Shown: positions 36,548 to 46,358 of the stretch, piece by piece
Numbering within the stretch: position 1 is the stretch's first letter
Layout: the number at the start of each line of letters is the position of its first letter
Source of the DNA: an uncultured Actinomycetota bacterium
GTDB lineage: Bacteria > Actinomycetota > Actinomycetes > Propionibacteriales > Nocardioidaceae
NCBI GenBank assembly: GCA_963767955.1
Contig: CAVYGA010000002.1
Location: 271,622 to 335,621, forward strand
DNA length: 64,000 nt
Direction: 5' to 3'
Translations under genes and position numbers: made by a program
The notes under the pieces: generated by a model
The model's database searches: none
What the model saw: the letters and a program-made list of their open reading frames with translations, nothing else
What the model was told of the DNA's origin: nothing

Positions 36548-36988
36548 TCAGTCGAGGGAGGCGTTGTAGCGGCCGAGCATGTCGACGAAGAGGCGGAGAT
36601 CGTCGTCGGACCAGTCGGCGAGGCGCCGGTCGAGGTACTCGCGGCGGTGCCGTTGGACGTCCGTCAGGCGGCGATGGGCGTCGCCGGTGACGGTGAGCAG
36701 CGCCGCTCGGCCATCGGCCGGATCAGGGGTCCGCTCGATGAGGCCGAGCTCGGTCAGGTGCTGCACCTGCCGGCTGATCGCCCCCTTGTCCATGTCGAAC
36801 GCGTCGGCGATCGCGGAGGAGCGGCACGAGCCGGTCGCCGCGAGGTGGGTCAGCACGAGGTAGGACCCCGGCTGCAGGTCCGCGTGCACGGCCCGGGCCC
36901 GCACGCCGATCACCCGCTTGACGCGTCGGATGACCACGCCGACCTCGTGCTCGAGGGCACCCAGCGCATCGCCGCGGGTGGCGCTCAC
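36548..36988 (-). CDS. MarR-family regulator
   Basis: wHTH 'MDKGAISRQVQHLTELGLIERTPDPADGRA'. Confidence 0.9.
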   Translation of the reverse strand: MSATRGDALGALEHEVGVVIRRVKRVIGVRARAVHADLQPGSYLVLTHLAATGSCRSSAIADAFDMDKGAISRQVQHLTELGLIERTPDPADGRAALLTVTGDAHRRLTDVQRHRREYLDRRLADWSDDDLRLFVDMLGRYNASLD

Positions 36989-38583
36989 GACCGGTCCAGC
37001 TCCGCCGTCGCCTCCGGCGCCAGCTCGTCCGCCCGCAGGATCGTGGTGCGCAGGGGCACCTCCTGGATGAGCACCACGCAGATGAGGGCGAGTACGGCGA
37101 ACGGCACCGCCACCAGGAACAGGTGGCCGGTCGCCTCCCCGAAGGCCTGCTCGAAGACCGCCCGCACCGGCGCCGGCAGGGCGCCGAGATCCGGGATGGT
37201 GCGGCTCTCCGAGCCGTCACCGGCGGGGATGCCCAGCCGGGCCAGGCCGGCGGACACCGTGTCCGCGACCTGGTGGCTCAGGATCGCACCCAGAGCCGAG
37301 ACGCCGATCGAGCCGCCCATCGAGCGGAAGAACGCGACGACCGAGCTGGCCGCGCCCATGTCCGCCTGGGCGGTGTTGTTCTGCACCGCGAGGACGAGGT
37401 TCTGCATGGTGGCACCCAGGCCGAGGCCGAGGATCGCCATGAACACCCCGACCAGGGCGAGGTCGGTGCTCTCGTCGATCTGGGAGAGCAGGGTCAGACC
37501 GACGATCACGAACACCATGCCGCCGACCAGGAACCTCTTCCAGCGACCGGTCTCGCTGATGATCCGGCCGGAGGTGATGCTCGAGACCAGCAGGCCGCCG
37601 ACCATCGCGATCGACATCAGGCCGGCGTGCGTGGGCGTCATCCCGCGGGCCAGCTGGAAGTACTGCGACAGGTAGACGGTCGACCCGAACATCGCCACGC
37701 CGATCAGCACGGACGCGGCGGTCGCCAGCGACGTCGTACGGTCGCGGAAGATGCGCATCGGGATGATCGGCTCGCGGGCGACCCTCATCTCGACGTGGAT
37801 CGCGGCGGCGAGCACGACCAGGCCCACCGCGACCAGGCCGGCGCTGATGCCGGAGACCCAGTCGAACTGGTTGCCGGCCAGGGACATCCAGACCAGCAGC
37901 AGCGAGACGCCGCCGACGATGAGGGTCGCGCCGAGGTAGTCGATGTGCACCTCACGCTTGACGACCGGGATGTGCAGGGTCCTCTGGAGCACGGCGAACG
38001 CGACCGCCGCGACCGGGAGGCCGATGAAGAAGCACCAGCGCCAGCCGAGGCCGGGGGTGTCGACGATCAACCCGCCGATCAGCGGTCCGGAGACGGTGGC
38101 CAGGGCGAACGTCGCGCCGATGTAGCCGGCGTAGCGGCCGCGCTCACGCGGGCTGACCATCGACGCGATGACGACCTGGACCAGCGCGGTCAGACCACCG
38201 ACGCCGAGGCCCTGGACGGCTCGGGCACCGATCAGCACCTCCATGGACGGCGCGAAGCCGGCGATCAGGGAGCCGATCGAGAAGATGACCAACGCCGACT
38301 GGACGAGGACCTTCTTGCTGAACAGGTCCGCGAGCTTGCCCCAGATCGGGGTGGTCGCGGTCATGGTGAGCAGGGTGGCCACGACGACCCAGGTGTAGCC
38401 GGTCTGGCTGCCCTCGAGGTCGGTGACGATGCGCGGGAGCGCGTTGGAGACGACGGTGCTGGAGAGCATCGCGACGAACATGGCGAGGAGCAGGCCGGAG
38501 AGGGCCTCGAGCACCTCGCGGTGCGTCATCTCGACGGCCGGCTCGGAGCCGGCCGGCGCGGCGGTGGGGACAGCCTGGGACAC
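36985..38583 (-). CDS. MFS DHA2 (EmrB/QacA-like) 14-TM efflux transporter
   Basis: 'VSNALPRIV', 'WGKLADLFSKK', 'RERGRY', 'GPLIGG', 'WRWCFFI'. Confidence 0.92.
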   Translation of the reverse strand: MSQAVPTAAPAGSEPAVEMTHREVLEALSGLLLAMFVAMLSSTVVSNALPRIVTDLEGSQTGYTWVVVATLLTMTATTPIWGKLADLFSKKVLVQSALVIFSIGSLIAGFAPSMEVLIGARAVQGLGVGGLTALVQVVIASMVSPRERGRYAGYIGATFALATVSGPLIGGLIVDTPGLGWRWCFFIGLPVAAVAFAVLQRTLHIPVVKREVHIDYLGATLIVGGVSLLLVWMSLAGNQFDWVSGISAGLVAVGLVVLAAAIHVEMRVAREPIIPMRIFRDRTTSLATAASVLIGVAMFGSTVYLSQYFQLARGMTPTHAGLMSIAMVGGLLVSSITSGRIISETGRWKRFLVGGMVFVIVGLTLLSQIDESTDLALVGVFMAILGLGLGATMQNLVLAVQNNTAQADMGAASSVVAFFRSMGGSIGVSALGAILSHQVADTVSAGLARLGIPAGDGSESRTIPDLGALPAPVRAVFEQAFGEATGHLFLVAVPFAVLALICVVLIQEVPLRTTILRADELAPEATAELDRS

Positions 38584-38639
38584 GACGGCCTTTCGGGGCA
38601 GGCGCGCGGGCGGGCCGGCGTACGGCGCGCCTCACGGAC

Positions 38640-38684
38640 AGTTGACGGTCACAACTATCCAGCCTTTAGTTGCTATCCGCAACC
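38640..38684. promoter_or_regulatory. Two tandem inverted-repeat operators (probably MarR) upstream of the MFS-marR operon
   Basis: AGTTG-N7-CAACT (38640-38656) and AGTTG-N7-CAACC (38668-38684) in an AT-richer patch. Confidence 0.65.
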
Positions 38685-38733
38685 ATTCACCGCTGTCGGG
38701 TGGCTCACAGCTCCCGGCGGATCCGGACCGGGC

Positions 38734-39234
38734 TCACTTCACGACCGCGTCGATCGTCTTCTTCAGCGCACTCGGCTGCGAGGGCCGGCGGGGCGCGTCC
38801 GCGCGGCGGCGCTCCATCTCCGCCCCGATCGCCTGGAGGGTGGTGCGGCTGAGGCCCTCACGGACCTTCGGGAACCACTCCTGCTCCTCCTCCTCGATGT
38901 GGTGGCGGACGTTCTCGATGAGCACGGTGGTCTTGGCGGTGAACCGCTCGTGGTCCGGCTTCATCGCGGCCAGCTCGACCACGAGCACGTCGGCGACGTG
39001 GTGCTCCTCGTAGGACTCGAGCACGTCGTCCTCGACCTCGGGCAGCAGCTCCCGGACCCGTGGGTACATCACCTCGTTCTCGAGGTAGGTGTGCACGGTG
39101 AGCAGCTCGATGATCCGGTCGACGATCCTGCCCTTGGTGGCATGCGCGTTCTCGCCGGCCCTCTCGAAGTCGGTGAAGGCCTTGCGGATGTCCTTGTGGT
39201 CGTTCTTCAACAGCACGATGGCGTCGGTCGACAT
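38734..39234 (-). CDS. Hemerythrin-like (HHE) domain protein
   Basis: 'LLKNDH', 'LTVHTYLENEVMYP', 'EEHHVAD', 'HHIEEEEQEWFP'; GGAG SD before ATG 39234. Confidence 0.88.
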   Translation of the reverse strand: MSTDAIVLLKNDHKDIRKAFTDFERAGENAHATKGRIVDRIIELLTVHTYLENEVMYPRVRELLPEVEDDVLESYEEHHVADVLVVELAAMKPDHERFTAKTTVLIENVRHHIEEEEQEWFPKVREGLSRTTLQAIGAEMERRRADAPRRPSQPSALKKTIDAVVK

Positions 39235-39316
39235 GGTCGCTCCTGTGGGCGGTGACGGGGAGAGGACGACGTACCCGGGTCCGCCCATGCCATGCCGCGG
39301 CCACCCCGAAAAGCCC

Positions 39317-39345
39317 TTGTCGGCCGCGGGCGCCGGACGTACCGT
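39317..39345 (+). promoter_or_regulatory. Housekeeping-sigma-type promoter of the intergenic transcript
   Basis: TTGTCG (39317-22)-N17-TACCGT (39340-45). Confidence 0.55.
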
Positions 39346-39351
39346 TTCCGT

Positions 39352-39545
39352 ACACGGGAAAGGAGGTGGTCCGAACGGTGAATTCTTTCGGGACTCGTGA
39401 GGTGGCTGCCCGCTAGCGGCACCACTGCCCAGCTTGCAGTGTGTTGCTGCAGGCGAATCCAGAGGCAGACACCCGACCCGCAGGTGCTCCGGACATTTGT
39501 CCCCCGGAGAGACGCTCCGAGCGTCACCACCTGCGGGTCGTTCCC
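39352..39545 (+). ncRNA. Candidate structured sRNA / dual-function RNA
   Basis: Upstream promoter; hairpin GTGG-C-TGCC/GGCA-CCAC; 13-bp perfect closing stem CGACCCGCAGGTG/CACCTGCGGGTCG (39474-39540) enclosing two hairpins; then a pyrimidine run. Confidence 0.5.
39378..39416 (+). CDS. 12-aa small ORF (MNSFGTREVAAR)
   Basis: Perfect SD AAGGAGGTG (39360-39368) 9 nt before GTG; TAG at 39414-39416. Confidence 0.45.
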   Translation: MNSFGTREVAAR

Positions 39546-39603
39546 ATTTCGGCCCCTGACGGCCCCTGATGGCCCCTGACGGCGGCCCGGCTCCGCACAT
39601 GGT

Positions 39604-39637
39604 TCAGGGGTCGACGCATCGCTGCGCCGACCCCTGA
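39604..39637. terminator. GC hairpin downstream of the 39648 gene
   Basis: TCAGGGGTCG...CGACCCCTGA 10-bp stem extended by CGCA/TGCG. Confidence 0.6.
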
Positions 39638-39647
39638 GTCGGAGACG

Positions 39648-40124
39648 CTAGTTGAGCGGGCAGCCCAGGTTGTTGTCCGTGTCCAGCCTGCTCGCCAGGT
39701 CGATCATCGTGGCGCGGTCACCGGAGGCGAAGGCGTCGTTCACGGTCCGCACCAGGGCCGGCCGGGCGTCGAGCCCGACCGAGTCGCGTCGCCACGGGTA
39801 GCCGAGTCCCTCGTTCGCCGCGTTGAGCCAGGCGGCCGTCGCTGCCCGCGCCAGGATCTTGGCCGCCCCGTCGGCGCCCGGTCCACCGCCGCCGGCCAGT
39901 GCCTCCAACAGCGTCAGGTCGGCGACGTTGGCGCGGGCCCGGAAGTAGAGCGACTTGAAGGTGTTGGTGGGAACGGTTTCCTCCCAGCTGTCCGTGTGGT
40001 TCTTCCAGTACCCGGGCGTGCAGCCCTGATAGCCGATGGCGTCGGCCTGCGCGGGCGACGAAGCCACCCCGACGCCGAACGAGAGCAGAAGCGCACACAC
40101 CACAACACGAACGAGATTTCTCAT
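39648..40124 (-). CDS. Small secreted protein with a 'GCTPGYWKNH' domain
   Basis: Signal peptide 'MRNLVRVVVCALLLSFGVGVASSPAQA'; 'GCTPGYWKNH...LTLLEAL...LARAATAAWLNA...LDTDNNLGCPLN'. Confidence 0.7.
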   Translation of the reverse strand: MRNLVRVVVCALLLSFGVGVASSPAQADAIGYQGCTPGYWKNHTDSWEETVPTNTFKSLYFRARANVADLTLLEALAGGGGPGADGAAKILARAATAAWLNAANEGLGYPWRRDSVGLDARPALVRTVNDAFASGDRATMIDLASRLDTDNNLGCPLN

Positions 40125-40296
40125 CGTCACTCCAGAACCTTCTCCAGGGAGCCCCCCTCCGGGACCCGACCGATCCAGCCTCCGTGCCGAAGGTCTCCGC
40201 GACAAGAACCCATGTGAGGGGTCTCGTGACCCACCGGGACCACTGGGGAACCCCAGTGCTCCCGAGCCTGGGCGGCGACCCGTCGAACCCCTCGGG

Positions 40297-41421
40297 CTAC
40301 CCGCCGATCCGCACCAGCCGGGCATCGTCGGTGGGCACGATCGCGTCGTCGTAGCCGCCGGCGACCAGGACGGTACGCCGCCCGACCGGCGTGGCGCTGA
40401 CGAACGACCGCCGCGGCACCAGGGGCGCCGGCAGCACCGACATCTCGTCGGTGCGCGGGTCGAAGACGTTGACCCGGGTCCCTCCGGCGATGACCACCCG
40501 GCCGTCGGCCAGTCGGACCACCGCCCCGTCCAGCTTGTACTCCCCCTCGCTGAGCTCCGGGCCCGCGACGACTCCCGACCCGTCGACGATCTCGGTGCTC
40601 GCCAGCAGCGCCCGCCCCTCGACCGTGGTGGCGCCGCCGACGACGAGCGCCCGCCCGTCCGCCAGGGAGACCACGGCGTGCTTGACCCGCGGGGTGACCA
40701 GGGTCGGGCCCGGGCTGCGCCGCTCGCCGTCGAGCCACTCGGTGTCGGCGAGCGCATCCGTCCGGGCCGTACCCCCGACCAGCAGCACCCGGCCGTCCAC
40801 CAGCGCCGCGGCATGGGCGGCCCGCGGCCGGAGCAGGTCCGCGGCCGGGGTGAACTCGCCGGCATCCGGGTCGAAGACCTCCACCGACGCGACACCGTCG
40901 CCGTCGGCCCCGAAGCCGCCGGCGACCAGGACCCGGCCGTCGGGCAGCACGGTCGCGGTGTGGTCGGCCCGCGCGATGGCCAGGTCGCCGACCGGCGCGA
41001 AGGAGTCGCTGACCGGGTCGAACACCTCGGCGGAGGCGGTGGCCGGCTCACCCTCCCCCGGGTAGCCGCCGACCAGCAGCACCCGGCCGTCCGCCAGCAG
41101 CGTGGCGCTGCCACTGGCCCGCGGCGAGCCCGTCCGCGGGCCGGCCGTCATCCGTCGGGTGGCCGGGTCGTAGACGTCGACGGCCCGCGCGGCGTCGAAG
41201 CCACCGCACCCGGGCTCGGTGCAGCCGCCGGTGAACAGCACCCGGCCGTCGGCCAGCCGGGTGGCCCGGTGCACGGCTCGCGGACGGGTCAGGCGCAGCC
41301 CGGGTGCCGCGTCGCTCGACGTCGACGCGGAGCCAGGTGGCTCCGGAGTCCGGTCGTCCCCGTCCGAGCACCCCACGGCTGCCAGCAGGACCGCGGCGAG
41401 GAGCACCCGCGCGGCGGTCAC
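40297..41421 (-). CDS. Kelch-repeat (galactose oxidase-like propeller) lipoprotein
   Basis: Lipobox 'LAAVGC'; about six repeats 'R..H.A..L.DGRVL..GG...E.FDP'; GTG overlaps the pdxH stop. Confidence 0.85.
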   Translation of the reverse strand: MTAARVLLAAVLLAAVGCSDGDDRTPEPPGSASTSSDAAPGLRLTRPRAVHRATRLADGRVLFTGGCTEPGCGGFDAARAVDVYDPATRRMTAGPRTGSPRASGSATLLADGRVLLVGGYPGEGEPATASAEVFDPVSDSFAPVGDLAIARADHTATVLPDGRVLVAGGFGADGDGVASVEVFDPDAGEFTPAADLLRPRAAHAAALVDGRVLLVGGTARTDALADTEWLDGERRSPGPTLVTPRVKHAVVSLADGRALVVGGATTVEGRALLASTEIVDGSGVVAGPELSEGEYKLDGAVVRLADGRVVIAGGTRVNVFDPRTDEMSVLPAPLVPRRSFVSATPVGRRTVLVAGGYDDAIVPTDDARLVRIGG

Positions 41422-42068
41422 GGCGCCAGTCGCTCGGTCCGCCAGGAGCCTCCGCCCAGGGAGCCGGCCCGGTCGTCGCGCACGTAGCGCCACCGGTCGT
41501 GCATCCGGTCGCGCCTCCCCTGCCAGAACTCCAGGCTCTCGGGCACCACGACGTACCCGCCCCAGTGGTCGGGCAGCGGGACCTCGGCCGGGAAGCGCGC
41601 CGCCGCGTCGGCGTACGACGCCGCGAGGCCGTCGGCGGTGACCACCTCCGACTGCGGTGAGGCCCAGGCTCCGATCTGGGAGCCGCGCGGTCGGGTGGCG
41701 AAGTACGCCGCCGCCTCCGCACGCGGCAGCGGCGCCGCACGGCCCTCGACGCGGACCTGCCGCTGCAGCGCGTGCCAGGGGAACAGCAGCGCGCAGTCGG
41801 GGTGGCCCGCGAGGTCGCGGGCCTTGCGGGAGGTGAGGTTCGTGTAGAAGAGGAAACCTCGGTCGTCGAGGCCCTTCAGCAGCACCGCCCGGGACGAGGG
41901 CCGGCCGTCCGCCGCGACGGTGGCGAGCACCATCGCGTTCGGCTCGGGCAGCGAGCGGGCCTCCTCGAACCAGCGACGGAACAGGGCGATCGGCTCCGGG
42001 GTCAGGTCGCCCTCGGCCAACCCGGCCCGGGAGTACTCCTCCCGCAGCGCCGCGTAGTCGTCGCTCAT
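41418..42068 (-). CDS. pdxH: Pyridoxamine 5'-phosphate oxidase
   Basis: 'EPNAMVLATV...PSSRAVLLK...FYTN..SRK', 'RQVRVEG', 'EFWQGRRDRMHDR'. Confidence 0.95.
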   Translation of the reverse strand: MSDDYAALREEYSRAGLAEGDLTPEPIALFRRWFEEARSLPEPNAMVLATVAADGRPSSRAVLLKGLDDRGFLFYTNLTSRKARDLAGHPDCALLFPWHALQRQVRVEGRAAPLPRAEAAAYFATRPRGSQIGAWASPQSEVVTADGLAASYADAAARFPAEVPLPDHWGGYVVVPESLEFWQGRRDRMHDRWRYVRDDRAGSLGGGSWRTERLAP

Positions 42069-42186
42069 GGCGCGACCCTAGCCCGGTCCGGCGGGTCCGT
42101 CGCCGTGACAACGTGCGTCCCGGCGCCATCGGGGGCAGAATGCTGCGGATGACCACCGCCGGGCACCGATTCTCCAGGGAGCACGC

Positions 42187-43299
42187 ATGACCGAGGTCCA
42201 CCACGGACTCGAGGGCGTCGTCGCCTTCGAGACCGAGATCGCCGAGCCGGACAAAGAGGGCTCGGCGCTGCGCTACCGGGGGGTCGACATCGAGGAGATC
42301 GTGGGCCGGGTCCCCTTCGAGAAGGTCTGGGGGCTGCTGATCGACGGCGCCTACGAGCCCGGCCTCCCCCCGGCCGAGCCCTACAACCTCCCGGTGCACA
42401 CCGGTGACGTGCGCGTCGACGTCCAGGCCGCGGTCGCCATGCTCGCGCCGGCGTTCGGGATGCGGCAGACCTACGACATCACCGACGAGCAGGCCCGCGA
42501 GGACCTCAGCCGGGTCGCGGTGATGGTGCTGTCGTACGCCGCCCAGTCGGCCCGAGGCCTCGACAAGCCGGTCGTCTCGCAGCGCGAGGTGGACACGGGC
42601 AACACGCTCGCGGAGCGGTTCATGATCCGCTGGAAGGGCGAGGCGGATCCCCAGCACGTGAAGGCGATCGACGCCTACTGGAGCTCCGCGGCAGAGCACG
42701 GCATGAACGCGTCGACGTTCACCGCCCGGGTGATCACCTCGACCGGTGCCGACGTCGCGGCCGCGTTCTCCGGCGCGATCGGCGCGATGAGCGGTCCGCT
42801 GCACGGCGGCGCGCCGTCGCGGGTGCTCGGGATGATCCGCGACGTGGAGGAGAGCGGCGACGCCGCGGCATACGTCAAGGGCCTGCTGGACCGGGGCGAG
42901 CGCCTGATGGGGTTCGGGCACCGCGTCTACCGCGCCGAGGACCCCCGGGCCCGCGTGCTGCGGCGCACCGCCAAGGAGCTGGACGCGCCCCGCTACGAGG
43001 TGGCCGAGGCACTCGAGAAGGCCGCGCTGGCCGAGCTCAAGGAGCGTCGCCCGGACCGGGTGCTCGAGACCAACGTGGAGTTCTGGGCCGCGATCGTGCT
43101 CGACTTCGCCGAGGTGCCGTCTCCCATGTTCACCTCGATGTTCACCTGCGCCCGCACCGGTGGCTGGTCGGCGCACATCCTCGAGCAGAAGCGCACCGGC
43201 CGGCTGATCCGTCCGTCCGCCGTCTACACCGGGCCGCCGGCCCGGAAGGCGTCGGAGATCGACGGGTGGGACCAGGCCTGGTCCGCGGACGCCGGCTGA
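42187..43299 (+). CDS. citA: Citrate synthase 2 (CitA type)
   Basis: 'AEHGMNASTFTARV', 'GPLHGGAP', 'LMGFGHRVY', 'TNVEFW'. Confidence 0.93.
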   Translation: MTEVHHGLEGVVAFETEIAEPDKEGSALRYRGVDIEEIVGRVPFEKVWGLLIDGAYEPGLPPAEPYNLPVHTGDVRVDVQAAVAMLAPAFGMRQTYDITDEQAREDLSRVAVMVLSYAAQSARGLDKPVVSQREVDTGNTLAERFMIRWKGEADPQHVKAIDAYWSSAAEHGMNASTFTARVITSTGADVAAAFSGAIGAMSGPLHGGAPSRVLGMIRDVEESGDAAAYVKGLLDRGERLMGFGHRVYRAEDPRARVLRRTAKELDAPRYEVAEALEKAALAELKERRPDRVLETNVEFWAAIVLDFAEVPSPMFTSMFTCARTGGWSAHILEQKRTGRLIRPSAVYTGPPARKASEIDGWDQAWSADAG

Positions 43300-43309
43300 T
43301 CGGCCGCGA

Positions 43310-43894
43310 CTACCGACCGACCACCAGGTAGCGGTCGTCGGTGATCTCCTTGCCCCAGTAGACCGCCTCGGGCAGCGGCCGCAGCTCGGCGTCGCGACCG
43401 GCGGCACGCACCAGCGCGACGGCCTGCTCGGAGGTGATGCCGGCTCCGGTCGACCAGCTGCCCTCGACCAGGAGCAGCACGCCGCCGGGGGCGAGCAGCG
43501 CGAGCCAGCGCCGCAGGGCGGCGGCGGGGTCGTCCATCGCCCAGAGCACGTGCCGGCTCAGCACGACGTCGTACGTCGCGGGGTCGAGGTCGGGAGCGTT
43601 GGCGTCGCCGAGCCGGAGGTCGACGCTGACGCCGGCGGCCTCCGCCTTGGCGCCCGCCCGGAGCACCATCTCCGGGGAGACGTCGATCCCGTCCACGGCG
43701 TACCCCTGCTCCGCGAGCAGCACGGACAGGGTGCCGGTGCCGCAGCCGAGGTCGGCGACCCTCGCCGGCGTCGGCGGCAGCACCCCGAGCAGCAGCGATC
43801 GCCAGGCGGCCCGGGTGGTCTCGTCACCCAGCCCGTGGTCGGGTTCGTCGTCGAAGGTGGGCGCCTCGGCGTCCCAGAGCTCGCGGGGGTCCAT
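43310..43894 (-). CDS. Class I SAM-dependent methyltransferase
   Basis: 'VADLGCGTG', 'GIDVSPEM', 'YDVVLSRHVLW'. Confidence 0.88.
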   Translation of the reverse strand: MDPRELWDAEAPTFDDEPDHGLGDETTRAAWRSLLLGVLPPTPARVADLGCGTGTLSVLLAEQGYAVDGIDVSPEMVLRAGAKAEAAGVSVDLRLGDANAPDLDPATYDVVLSRHVLWAMDDPAAALRRWLALLAPGGVLLLVEGSWSTGAGITSEQAVALVRAAGRDAELRPLPEAVYWGKEITDDRYLVVGR

Positions 43895-43904
43895 GCCCGC
43901 GACC

Positions 43905-44489
43905 CTACGACCGGGCGCGGGCGGCCTTGCGGGCGACGTACCAGCTGGTCTGGGTCCGGGCGCCCTTGCGGATCAGCGAGATGTGCATGTGGTCGCGGTG
44001 GCGCAGGGTCGCGGAGCAGCGCCGCCTGCTGGGACAGCCGGAGCTGAGGTAGTCGCGCTTCTCGAAGCCGTTGTAGGCGCTGTAGATGCGGTCGTTCCAG
44101 ATGACGTACATGATGCCCATCCGGCGGGCCAGCACGTCCTCCTCACCGTCGGCCCGGGCACGGAAGATCCGCTCGAGGAACGCGGCCGCGCGCCTCCGGT
44201 CGGCGGCCCTGGTGGCATCGAGGGTCCAGTCGAAGGCCCGGCCCTCCTTGTGCTCGGAGGTGCCGCCCGACGAGCAGCGTCGCGAGATCGGGCCGTAGCC
44301 GCCGCCGCGGTGGTTGACGATCCAGCGGGCCAGCATCCTGGTGCCCGGCTTGGCCTTCGGTGAGCAGCCGGTCTGGGGCTGGTAGCCGGCGTAGTCCTCG
44401 AGCGGCATCGCCTGCGCCGGCAGGCTGGTGAGCACCAGCGCGGCCGCACAGGTGGCCGGCGCGAGGAGACGGAGGAGGGGGCGGATCAT
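43905..44489 (-). CDS. Secreted protein with LAS/M15-like zinc-peptidase motifs
   Basis: Signal peptide ending 'PAQA'; 'SEHKEGRAFD' (H-x6-D) and 'HRDHMHIS' (HxH). Confidence 0.6.
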   Translation of the reverse strand: MIRPLLRLLAPATCAAALVLTSLPAQAMPLEDYAGYQPQTGCSPKAKPGTRMLARWIVNHRGGGYGPISRRCSSGGTSEHKEGRAFDWTLDATRAADRRRAAAFLERIFRARADGEEDVLARRMGIMYVIWNDRIYSAYNGFEKRDYLSSGCPSRRRCSATLRHRDHMHISLIRKGARTQTSWYVARKAARARS

Positions 44490-44570
44490 GGCAGGACATC
44501 CCGGGAGGTCGGTGGTTTCGTCCCGTCGACAGTAGAGGCCGCCCACCGCCCCTGTCCCGGGAACTGGGGA

Positions 44571-45077
44571 TCAGTGCTCGCCAGTGGCGGGCAGGGGGAG
44601 CGCCAGGCAGCGGGACAGCGGCGAGTCCCGGTAGTGCCCGAAGCCGGGGACCGCGGTGTAGCCCGAGGACTCGTAGAGCGCGATCGCCTCGGGCTGGGCG
44701 ACGCCGGTCTCCAGCACCGCCGCCCGTGCTCCGGCGTCGTAGGCCGTCCGCTCGAGGTGGGCGAGCATCCGCCGGGCCAGCCCGCGGCCGCGGCCGGCCG
44801 GGGCGACGTACATCCGCTTCACCTCGGCGGTGGCCGTGGTGCCGAACACCTCGACGTCCCCGCGCAGCCGCCAGGCGCCGGTGGCCATCGGCACGCCGTC
44901 GACGTACCCGACGAAGAAGGCGCCGCGCGGCGCGTCGAACATGGTCGGCTCGAGCGGGGTCTCGTCCGGGCCGCCGTAGCGGCGGACGTACTCGGCCTGG
45001 ACCTCGGCGACCAGCCGCTGCGCGTCGGGATGCAGGAACCGGACCCGGTCGATGCGCTCGGTGCCGATCTCAGGCAA
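44571..45077 (-). CDS. GNAT N-acetyltransferase
   Basis: 'AEVKRMYVAPAGRGRGLAR', 'LETGVAQPEAIALYESSGY'. Start uncertain (TTG). Confidence 0.85.
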   Translation of the reverse strand: MPEIGTERIDRVRFLHPDAQRLVAEVQAEYVRRYGGPDETPLEPTMFDAPRGAFFVGYVDGVPMATGAWRLRGDVEVFGTTATAEVKRMYVAPAGRGRGLARRMLAHLERTAYDAGARAAVLETGVAQPEAIALYESSGYTAVPGFGHYRDSPLSRCLALPLPATGEH

Positions 45078-45141
45078 GCGACTTCCCAGTGCTCACTGGT
45101 GGACTCCCCTTCGAACGGCGTCGGGTCGGGTGACAGAATAG

Positions 45142-46317
<1,176 letters not shown>

Positions 46318-46358
46318 CCCCTGCTGGATTCACCAGGCACCTCGTGGTGCCGGAGCGG

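Noticed and set aside
40297-43407. 1036-aa ORF appearing to fuse an N-terminal region to the Kelch protein
   Set aside because: The N-terminal part is antisense to citA and off-frame to pdxH; the real Kelch gene starts at GTG 41421 with a lipobox.
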